Origin: Fibrobacterota bacterium
Lineage (GTDB): Bacteria; Fibrobacterota; Fibrobacteria; UBA11236
Assembly (NCBI GenBank): GCA_043753995.1
Contig: JAYUVP010000065.1
Span: 1 to 42,416, forward strand
Length of the DNA: 42,416 nucleotides
Direction of reading: 5' to 3'
In this document: positions 8,834-16,794 of the stretch, in pieces
How the letters are laid out: every line of letters begins with the position of its first letter
How positions within the stretch are numbered: position 1 is the stretch's first letter
The notes under the pieces: generated by a model
Told to the model about the DNA's origin: nothing
The model's database searches: none
The model's input: the letters and a program-made list of their open reading frames with translations, nothing else
Translations under genes and position numbers: made by a program

Positions 8834-10915
8834 ATGTTCGTAAGGATTTTCATTACCGCTACCCTGTTCGGCGCGATGATGGGGGCCTATGCCCAGACTC
8901 TGGACCTGCGGGGCCGTGTCGTGCAAGCGAACGGGACGCCCATCGCCGACGCCACGGTCGAGCTAAAGAGCTTGGGCAAATCCGTCAAGTCCACCGCTGA
9001 CGGCGCGTTTTCTCTGAACACCAATACGGCGCTGAATCCAGAAGCGCGTATGGATTTCCAGTACCGCTTGGAGCCGGATTTCCTATGGATCGAAACCCGG
9101 ACGGAGTTGCCGGTTCGGATGGAAGTTTTCGATTTGTCCGGGCAAGCCCTGGGAAGCCTTTCCCGGCGCTTGCCTGCGGGAAGCAGCCGAATAGCCTTTG
9201 CCGAGGCCATCATCGCTCCCAAGGCGGCCAGCGGCCTTTTTATGCTGCAGTTATCACTGGGATCACAAAGCCTCACGCGGAGCGTCTTCTATTCGGGCCT
9301 CGCGCCCCTAAGCCCGCGCTTGACCGGAATCGGAGCCCAGGTTGCCGCCAAGCGCGCGGCGGGCGTGGATACCTTGCGGATCCGCAAATCCGGCTTCAAG
9401 GATTTCTCCCTGGAAATCCCCAGTTACACGGCGGGGAACTTGGGCGATTTGACCCTGGTCGATCTCGGCAACGGCGCATTCCCTGTCCTAACAGATTCCA
9501 ATCGCGATGGCGTCATCGATGACAAGGATGCTGCGGGATTCACGGACTGGGTCTGGAAAGGGCCGGGGGCCTTCTTCATCGCCAATATGGACGACGACGA
9601 CGAGGATGGAAAGGTCGATGCGACCGATCTGGCTGTGAACGGGGCCAATGACGAAAAGGATTTGGCTCGCATCCGCGTGAAGATCCCGGCCGATCTGCTG
9701 GTGAAGGCGAAATCGATTTCGGCCACGGTGACGGCGGGTGCTTCCCAGGTGCATCTATTCGAGAAGGCCGCGTCGGGCTGGAAAGCGGCCACTGGCGCGC
9801 TTTCCCAGGTCACAGCGGACATGGAACTCGGCATCGAGGGGGTCCAATTCTCCGCCATCGGCTGGGATGGTTTCGCTTCCGTCCGCCTGGATTTGACGGA
9901 CGCGCAAGGGGCTTCGCTAGGCACCCAGACCGTCAAGATGCGGGTTGCGCCTTGGATCATGCTCCCGAATTTCGCCAAGACCGAGCTCGTGTACGTTTCT
10001 TCGACCACGCGGAACATGCGCCCCGGCATCGATGCCGTGCTGACGAAGTTGAATCTGCCCGCCTCCAAGGCGTCCAATCCCCCAAGCCAGGACGTCTGGT
10101 TCCAAGACACCATGGAAATGGGTTATACCCAGATCCCGGGCCTGCCACCCATGCACGTGGTGATGAATGCCGTGCGCGGCAACTCCGCCGACAACCTGGC
10201 CCCCACCCTACTCGCACCGGACATCGGGCTCATCACGGTCGCCAAGACGCGCAACCTGGGCGGCGAGGACCATTGGATGGATTGGATGGGGGACCTAGAG
10301 GTCACCGCTCCGGTGCCCGGATACCCGCTCGGGCGCATCTACTATGGCAAGAGCCCTCGCACCACCTTCCATCCCGACATCGTCAAGTTCCTGGAAGCGC
10401 AGGAGGTGCAGAAGCCGTTCGCCGTCAATAGCGGATGGTTGGTCATCCAGCACGTGGATGAGATTTTCAACTTCGTGCCCGATAAGAACGGCAAGGGGAA
10501 AATGATCATCGTCAGCCCTGAGGCGGCAAGCAAGGTGACGCCTGCGGGCTACGATGCGGGGAATCAGCAGATCCAGGCGATTATCAACGACATCATCAAG
10601 TCGGCCAAGACCGAGCTAGGCATCACGGACGCCGATATCATCCAACTCCCTACCTATTTCAGCGGGGGTGGGACCGATTACGCCCCCATCTGGTCGAGCG
10701 CGGTCAACGGCATCCACGTGAACGGCACCGTCATCGCGGGAGACACGGAAATGCCCGCCGCGATCAAATCCGATACCGAAAAGAAACTCACGGACTTGGG
10801 ACTGCAAGTGGCTTGGGTGGACGATAGCGAGTACCATCGCGGCGGCGGCAACGTTCATTGCGGTAGCAACACGAAGAAGACCCCGGTCTGCAAGAACTTC
10901 ACGGATTGCCTGTGA
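8834..10915 (+). CDS. Secreted animal-type protein-arginine deiminase (PAD) homologue
   Basis: Signal peptide; RVAPWIM, DVWFQD, GDLEV.AP...YPLGRI, QHVDE and GNVHCGSN match the PADI catalytic Asp/His/Asp/Cys motifs. Confidence 0.88.
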   Translation: MFVRIFITATLFGAMMGAYAQTLDLRGRVVQANGTPIADATVELKSLGKSVKSTADGAFSLNTNTALNPEARMDFQYRLEPDFLWIETRTELPVRMEVFDLSGQALGSLSRRLPAGSSRIAFAEAIIAPKAASGLFMLQLSLGSQSLTRSVFYSGLAPLSPRLTGIGAQVAAKRAAGVDTLRIRKSGFKDFSLEIPSYTAGNLGDLTLVDLGNGAFPVLTDSNRDGVIDDKDAAGFTDWVWKGPGAFFIANMDDDDEDGKVDATDLAVNGANDEKDLARIRVKIPADLLVKAKSISATVTAGASQVHLFEKAASGWKAATGALSQVTADMELGIEGVQFSAIGWDGFASVRLDLTDAQGASLGTQTVKMRVAPWIMLPNFAKTELVYVSSTTRNMRPGIDAVLTKLNLPASKASNPPSQDVWFQDTMEMGYTQIPGLPPMHVVMNAVRGNSADNLAPTLLAPDIGLITVAKTRNLGGEDHWMDWMGDLEVTAPVPGYPLGRIYYGKSPRTTFHPDIVKFLEAQEVQKPFAVNSGWLVIQHVDEIFNFVPDKNGKGKMIIVSPEAASKVTPAGYDAGNQQIQAIINDIIKSAKTELGITDADIIQLPTYFSGGGTDYAPIWSSAVNGIHVNGTVIAGDTEMPAAIKSDTEKKLTDLGLQVAWVDDSEYHRGGGNVHCGSNTKKTPVCKNFTDCL

Positions 10916-10954
10916 ATTACGTGCGCCTCAAAATCCGTGAACAGCCTGATAATT

Positions 10955-12718
10955 TTAAAAGAAGATATTGCGCACTTGGCATGCGCTGCCCGCGCGCAGC
11001 CTGAGGAGGTAGGTCCGTGGAGTGGCGTGTCCGCTGGAGATTATCCAAGGCCCGCGGCCTTGGCCAGCGAGTCGCGTTTGCAGTGAGCCATCCAACGCCA
11101 TCAAATCAAGACTCCAGGGCCTATCCGGCATACGGTTCAACTGCAACCGCCCTGGACCTACAGCCACCAAGGACACCGCACCCCATCCGAATGCGGAAGT
11201 GGGCAAAGAAGTCGCGAGGGATACGGGGCGGCTATCCCAGGTTCGGTTCGAGATGGCATTGAGGGTATACCAGGCCTCATTGTCCCAGAGCGTGGTCCCC
11301 GCAGCCGACAGGATGCCCGTGAGCTTAAATGCCACCACGTAATCCATGGCCTTCAAGGCGCCGATCTTGAGATGCACACGCAGGCGGTCATCGGAGACTT
11401 CCACATTGGCGACCGACCTGGCCTCATCGAGATCTTTGCAGCATCCATAGTTCGGCCTGCGCGCATAATGCCACTGCTTAACCGAAAAGGCCGAAGGGAC
11501 TATAGTCGACGGGTCCACCGGCTGAGTGAAAACGATTTCGAAACCGTCGGCCAGGCTATGGATCGACTTCATCTCGAAAGCGGATCCACCCGCCTTCGGC
11601 GTCATGCGGTACAAGGGCATTGTTCCGTTTCCTGGCCAGTTGCCGTATTGTTGTAATGTGCCCATGTAAAGGGCGCCCTCTGGGCCCCAGGCCATGCGAT
11701 TGACAGCCGAATTGGAGGTGCCGTTGCTGAAGCGGAAGACGGCGCCCTGGTATTCGCCGGCAACGGTGTCGAGCGCCAGTCGATTAATGCCCGGCGCACT
11801 GGCATCGCCGACAAGCCATTGCCCCGCATAGGGGCCAACTTTCACGTAGATAGGCTGCGAGCTGGAAACTCCTACTATCGAAGGTGTCGTGTGTGTGGGA
11901 TACGGTATCCACACCGCCGGAGGCTGATACGGGAGTGATTCCCCCCAATTGGGGGCCTGGGGCGGCGATTGCCGGTGGCCATAGAAACGGCCGGGCTTGA
12001 TGTGGAGGAACGCGCAACCGGGCAGCCAACTGCCCTGATTGTCCATCACGAACATCTCTCCCGATTCGTCCATGTTCGCCCCGTTGGGCGAACGTAATCC
12101 TCCGGCCACTTTCTCGAAAGAGGTTGCCCGCCGATCCCATTTAAGGAAAGCACCGGAATAGTCGCTGCTGGCAATCACATCCGAAGGGCCGCCTTGCACT
12201 ATGGTACCGGAATAAGGGGCATAGAAAAACCCGTCCTTGTACATAGGCGTGAAAACCCATTGATGCCAAAACGCACCCATGACCCAATTTGCGATTTTCG
12301 TGACGTTATTCGCAGGATCGGCCACGTTGTCCAGAGACGTCAAAGCATAGAAGGCATCTCGATCTGCAACATAGACCGTATCGTTCACCACGGTCAGCCC
12401 GGAAGGCTGCTTAAACATGCTGGCGATTTTGACTATGGAAGGCGAGGCACCGTCGACCCCGCTCGCTAGATAAACTGCAGAACCGGAATTCGGCGGAGGG
12501 ATTTCGCCACCTCCGATCACGCCGGCAGTGAGAATCACCATACGCCCGTCGCTCAAGAAGGCCAAACCGATTGTGTTGTACTTACTGGGCAAACGCACCT
12601 CCCGTATTTCGTAGGCGGGATGGATTGCATTTGGCTGAAGGTCCGCATGGACCGTTACCGCTAAGAGGAGGCCTGGGACCGAGGCGCGAAAAATGAAGCC
12701 TAATATCTTGTGCAACAT
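10955..12718 (-). CDS. Secreted beta-propeller (sugar/sorbosone dehydrogenase-like) protein with Ig-like and C-terminal sorting-like domains
   Basis: Signal peptide; GLAFLSDGR, AGGLRSPNG, DNQGSW, GPYAGQWLVGD and NRMAWGPEGALY; C-terminal ALDG...YLLRL. Confidence 0.72.
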   Translation of the reverse strand: MLHKILGFIFRASVPGLLLAVTVHADLQPNAIHPAYEIREVRLPSKYNTIGLAFLSDGRMVILTAGVIGGGEIPPPNSGSAVYLASGVDGASPSIVKIASMFKQPSGLTVVNDTVYVADRDAFYALTSLDNVADPANNVTKIANWVMGAFWHQWVFTPMYKDGFFYAPYSGTIVQGGPSDVIASSDYSGAFLKWDRRATSFEKVAGGLRSPNGANMDESGEMFVMDNQGSWLPGCAFLHIKPGRFYGHRQSPPQAPNWGESLPYQPPAVWIPYPTHTTPSIVGVSSSQPIYVKVGPYAGQWLVGDASAPGINRLALDTVAGEYQGAVFRFSNGTSNSAVNRMAWGPEGALYMGTLQQYGNWPGNGTMPLYRMTPKAGGSAFEMKSIHSLADGFEIVFTQPVDPSTIVPSAFSVKQWHYARRPNYGCCKDLDEARSVANVEVSDDRLRVHLKIGALKAMDYVVAFKLTGILSAAGTTLWDNEAWYTLNAISNRTWDSRPVSLATSLPTSAFGWGAVSLVAVGPGRLQLNRMPDRPWSLDLMALDGSLQTRLAGQGRGPWIISSGHATPRTYLLRLRAGSACQVRNIFF

Positions 12719-12784
12719 CCCTAGTATCCTCTCATTTTTGCAACCTAAGGGATAGCCAGTATTTGCGCTTATTGATTCTATAAC

Positions 12785-13966
12785 TTATGAGAAAGCTGCA
12801 TATCCAGGAGTCGGAGCGTTTAACACCAATATCTTGGCTTTTGGGAGCGAGTTGAAATCGCTAGCGCAGACAGTCGTGTAGGCACCCATGAAATCCGCAA
12901 CCAGTAGATCGCCTATCTCGAGTTCGGGTAGCCGGATATTGTCCTCGAGAACGTCGATGCTATCGCAAGTGGGCCCTGCCAGAACACTTGGATGGACCTT
13001 GCTCGAGTGATTCCCCGCGGGCTTGATCGGGTACTGTGCTCCTTGGTCGTAGACTCGTCCATTAAAGGAGCCGAAAACGCCATCGTCGAGGTAATACCAA
13101 AACGCAGGGCCACGACGAGCCTTGCCCACCACCGTGGTGATCGCAGTCATCGCCGGCGCAGCAATGAATCGTCCTGGCTCGGCTATCACCCGTACCTCGG
13201 ACGGTACCTGACCCAGCGCTGCCACAATAGGCTTGGCGAATTCCTCGATGGAAATCACCTCGTCCTGATAGGGGGCGGGGAAGCCACCGCCAATGTCTAA
13301 AAGTCGAATCGGGGTCAAATCATGGTTACGCGCGTATTCGATGATGGTGCAGCACTGAGAAATGGCGTCGAGATGCGCGCGCGGAGATGCGCACTGAGAG
13401 CCCACGTGGAATGACAAACCCGTCACCCGCAAACCGAGCGTTTTCGCAATCGTAAGAAGTTCATAAACGGAATCGGGTGCGCAGCCGAATTTTTTCGACA
13501 GGTCCACCGCAGCGTCAATACTTGGAAAACCTACGCGCAACAACAATGAAACATTTTCGCGATAAGCAACGAACTTCAACATTTCGTCGAGATTATCGAT
13601 TACGAATCTATTACAACCGTTTTCAAGGCCCTCGCGAATATCGCAATCGCGTTTGATCGGATGCGTGTGCACCCATTTATCGGGGGAGACATTGAGGCGC
13701 CGTAAAGGAGCGATTTCACCCGAGCTGGCCACATCGAAACCACTCCCTTCCGCATGCAGGGTAGCCAGCACCGCCGGGTGCGGGAGCGCTTTCATCGCGT
13801 AATGGATTCCCACTTGCGGTAAGGCCTTTGTCAATTGCCGATATTGCGCGCGAATGCGATTGCAGTCTAGCACCAAAAGCGGCGAGCCATGCGCCATCAC
13901 GAGGGACTGCGGGTCGGATGGGTGAACTAATTCGTCAATGGTCAAGGAGGGACTTGAAATTGTCAT
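12785..13966 (-). CDS. Fold-type III PLP ornithine/lysine decarboxylase
   Basis: YAMKA (PLP Lys), KFG, FHVGSQ, DIGGGF, EPGR, GPTCDS and GAYT motifs. Confidence 0.92.
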   Translation of the reverse strand: MTISSPSLTIDELVHPSDPQSLVMAHGSPLLVLDCNRIRAQYRQLTKALPQVGIHYAMKALPHPAVLATLHAEGSGFDVASSGEIAPLRRLNVSPDKWVHTHPIKRDCDIREGLENGCNRFVIDNLDEMLKFVAYRENVSLLLRVGFPSIDAAVDLSKKFGCAPDSVYELLTIAKTLGLRVTGLSFHVGSQCASPRAHLDAISQCCTIIEYARNHDLTPIRLLDIGGGFPAPYQDEVISIEEFAKPIVAALGQVPSEVRVIAEPGRFIAAPAMTAITTVVGKARRGPAFWYYLDDGVFGSFNGRVYDQGAQYPIKPAGNHSSKVHPSVLAGPTCDSIDVLEDNIRLPELEIGDLLVADFMGAYTTVCASDFNSLPKAKILVLNAPTPGYAAFS

Positions 13967-14187
13967 TTTATGCTCGGCTTCAATGGGTAAGGAAATAGAT
14001 TATACTGGACTCGTAATAGCCATTGTCATTGAGCTTGGATGAAGGTGCACTCGAATTTGTATCACTTTTTTTTCAAAGAAAATTCATACTGGTGCCGCTC
14101 TCTGGGTGCTCTTGAACCCGAAACTTGATCATGCTATATCCATTTGCAGCGCGGCTATTCTGCGGCGCATTTTCAGACGCGGAATTC

Positions 14188-14943
14188 ATGGCTGACGGAA
14201 CGGCATACGACGAATGGGTTCCGCAAGATTACTTGTCGGAGTATTACAGCGAGTTGCAGGAAGACGAACGAAGCACCCTGAAGTATTTCGTTGAACAAAT
14301 ACGCAAGGCTCCCGTCGGACCGGTGCTCTGCTTCGGATCCGGACCGACTCTCCACCATGTCTTCCTGGCCATACCGCGAATGACGGAAGTCTATCTGGCC
14401 GACTACCTACCCGCGAACTTGAAAGAGATAGACCGCTGGAGGAAGAACGAACCCGATGCTCACGATTGGTCGCCCTTCGTCCGATACACCTTGATATGCG
14501 AGTCGGGAGTGGAACCAGGGCCAGAACTGATCGCGGAACGCATGGAAGCCTTGAGAGAAAAGATCGCTGGTTTGCGTCACGCCGATGCCAGCCTTTCGGA
14601 TCCGCTTGGAAAAGAGTATCGAGGGTATTTTGCGGCGGTATTAAGTCCCTACTGTGCCGAGGCTGCGACTTCCGACAAAGTCCAATGGGTTCAGTACTGT
14701 CGAAACATTGCCTCCCTGGTAAGGCCAGGTGGACTGTTCATGACATCCACATTGCGAGGAGCCAGCGAGTATCGCGCGGGTTCGCGTTTTTTCCCGGTCA
14801 CCTCCATTGATGAGACCGACTTGATGGCCGTCTTGCATCAGGATTTTCGTGCGGACTCGGTGGAAGTCGAAGTAAGAGAATTGTCCCAGCATGCCAGCCA
14901 AGGTTTTTCGGGAATACTCCTCGCTCGCGGCATCCGAACCTGA
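14188..14943 (+). CDS. NNMT/PNMT/TEMT-family SAM-dependent methyltransferase
   Basis: YLSEYY, FGSGPT, LADYL..N..EI.RW...EP.AHDWSP and LVRPGG parallel nicotinamide N-methyltransferase motifs. Start could be 14125 or 14188. Confidence 0.85.
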   Translation: MADGTAYDEWVPQDYLSEYYSELQEDERSTLKYFVEQIRKAPVGPVLCFGSGPTLHHVFLAIPRMTEVYLADYLPANLKEIDRWRKNEPDAHDWSPFVRYTLICESGVEPGPELIAERMEALREKIAGLRHADASLSDPLGKEYRGYFAAVLSPYCAEAATSDKVQWVQYCRNIASLVRPGGLFMTSTLRGASEYRAGSRFFPVTSIDETDLMAVLHQDFRADSVEVEVRELSQHASQGFSGILLARGIRT

Positions 14944-14978
14944 CAAAATCAACATTCGATAAAAGTAAGGTGAAACTC

Positions 14979-15347
14979 ATGTCCTTCACCCAGGCGCAAG
15001 CATTGGGGATGATTATCCTCCTCACCTTGATTTCAGGAATCGCGGATGCGAAAGCATTCACTTACGCCGCTGCCATCTGGCAAGATGGCCGGCTCGTCTG
15101 GAGCGTATTCGGCAAGTCGGCGCTCGGATTCCTTGTGGGCATCGGGGCATTCTGGCTATCGGTCCGCTACATGCAGAAGCTCGGTGTCGTCACTCCCGAA
15201 TTGCAAACCTTGATTTGGTTCGGCGTGACCTTGGTCGGCGTGGCCATGATCAGTGGGCGCGCTTTCCGCTGGCCCTTGGTCGACCAGATTGTCGGTGTCC
15301 TGGTATTGTGCGGAATCGGCTGGCTATTGGCGCGAACTAGCGGTTGA
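14979..15347 (+). CDS. Small 4-TM membrane protein, SMR/DMT-like
   Basis: Four hydrophobic helices; acidic residue in TM1 (GIADA) and Trp in TM3 (LIWFG) at positions like EmrE E14/W63. Confidence 0.6.
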   Translation: MSFTQAQALGMIILLTLISGIADAKAFTYAAAIWQDGRLVWSVFGKSALGFLVGIGAFWLSVRYMQKLGVVTPELQTLIWFGVTLVGVAMISGRAFRWPLVDQIVGVLVLCGIGWLLARTSG

Positions 15348-15560
15348 GCCTAGGTTCAAGCATTTTATCCCGGCTATTCGTCGCCATGCCATAGCTTCGT
15401 ACCTCTTTGTATCGAATGCCGAAGCTTTGATTTTCCCTGGTGCGAAGCGCAATTGGCAAGTGTGGATCGGACTTAAACTGTAACCCGATAAACTGCCTTC
15501 AGGATCCGGCCAAACATATTCACTGGTATTCGCCTTATTCGATTCAAAATGCTTTTGGAT
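15324..15560 (-). pseudogene. Possible fragment of a MarR/AbiEi-like antitoxin-type gene
   Basis: YVWPDPEG..SG.SL.PI...A.D.K.YE.MA resembles the C-terminal half of a family recalled from memory. The 5' part is missing where repeat copy 3 begins. Confidence 0.35.
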
Positions 15561-15603
15561 GGATGTCACATATCCAATCGTAAATCGCTCCACCATTCTC
15601 ACT

Positions 15604-15710
15604 CGCCCCTCTTCGGGGGAAGGCGAGGCCGACAAGTGCGACCGAGCAAGGCGGGCCGAGCCTGGGGGGCGTTTGGGAAGCCGGGAGCGAGTGGCGGAGC
15701 CCCCCGAAAA
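15604..15710 (+). repeat. Dispersed structured intergenic repeat, copy 3
   Basis: Same core. The upstream flank 15561-15588 also resembles that of copy 4 (shared AATCGTAAATCGC). Confidence 0.92.
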
Positions 15711-15871
15711 ACGGGTCCATAACTTGCGACTGTTTCCTTGATCACAGTGTGAACCTGGGAAGCATTTGGTGAGGCTAGCGTTTCAAATTTGAAGTAATCT
15801 CTCATTTTCCAGGGATATCTGGACAGGAGCCTCGTCCTAGCGATAAGATTCGCCGGTATCCGGGAGGAGTG

Positions 15872-16345
15872 ATGGCTGACGCGGGCATCAAGGCCGAACA
15901 TGTTAATCCGTTCATCGCGGCGACCATCGATATGTTCGAGACCATGGCGAATCTCCAGGCCAAGCCCGGAAAGATGTGTTTAAAAGACAAACACATTTCG
16001 GCCTATGACGTGTCGGGTATCATCGGATTAAGCGGGGGAGCAAAGGGGCTGGTGGCCCTCAGCTTTCCCAAGGCTTCCGCTTTGGCGGCCGTTCAGGCCT
16101 TCACCGGGGAGAAAGACGTCAAGAAGAGCCGGATTATCGATTCCATTGGCGAACTGGCGAATATCGTCGCTGGCGCCGCGAAAAAAGATCTCTCGCAGTT
16201 CAAGATCAAAATATCGCTTCCTACGGTAATCACGGGTGAGAACCATTCCATTTCGGGTCCGGTGGATGCGATGGGATTGGTGGTTCCCTTTGAGTATGCC
16301 GGGGGGAAATTCGATTTGACGGTGTGTTTTAAAAGTCTGATTTAA
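15872..16345 (+). CDS. cheX: Chemotaxis phosphatase CheX
   Basis: NPFI, DVSGIIGLSG, ELANIVAG and ISLPTVITG motifs. Confidence 0.93.
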   Translation: MADAGIKAEHVNPFIAATIDMFETMANLQAKPGKMCLKDKHISAYDVSGIIGLSGGAKGLVALSFPKASALAAVQAFTGEKDVKKSRIIDSIGELANIVAGAAKKDLSQFKIKISLPTVITGENHSISGPVDAMGLVVPFEYAGGKFDLTVCFKSLI

Positions 16346-16358
16346 GCGGGAATGGATT

Positions 16359-16778
16359 ATGAAAATACTGCTCGTGGATGACTCAGGCATGATTCGATCG
16401 GTACTGAAAAAATATCTGACCGATCTCGGCTTGAGCGATTTCGCCGAGGCCCCCGACGGAGTATTCGCCTTGAGAGCCGTGGCGGCCCAAAAGATCGATC
16501 TCATTTTCATGGATTGGAACATGCCCAATCTTTCCGGGTTCGAAGCCCTGAAAAAGTTGAAAGCGAATCCGGCAGCCAAGTCCATCCCCATTATCATGGT
16601 CACGTCGGAACAGGAGAAGGGCCATATCCTGGAAGCCGTGAAAGCCGGCGCCGCCAACTACGTGATCAAGCCCTTCTCGGCGGCGGTGATCAAAGAGAAG
16701 ATGGCGCCCTATTTGCCTCAGCCTCCTGTGAAGGCTCCCGAACCGCCCTCCGCGGACGCCGAGAAGAACATCCCCTGA
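16359..16778 (+). CDS. cheY: Chemotaxis response regulator CheY
   Basis: Single receiver domain with VDDS, DWNMP, MVTSE and YVIKPF. Confidence 0.92.
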   Translation: MKILLVDDSGMIRSVLKKYLTDLGLSDFAEAPDGVFALRAVAAQKIDLIFMDWNMPNLSGFEALKKLKANPAAKSIPIIMVTSEQEKGHILEAVKAGAANYVIKPFSAAVIKEKMAPYLPQPPVKAPEPPSADAEKNIP

Positions 16779-16794
16779 GGGGCCGATATCTGTT

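Noticed and set aside
15720..15870. Possible sigma28 promoter for the che operon (GCGATAA near 15840)
   Set aside because: No matching TAAA -35 element at the proper spacing.
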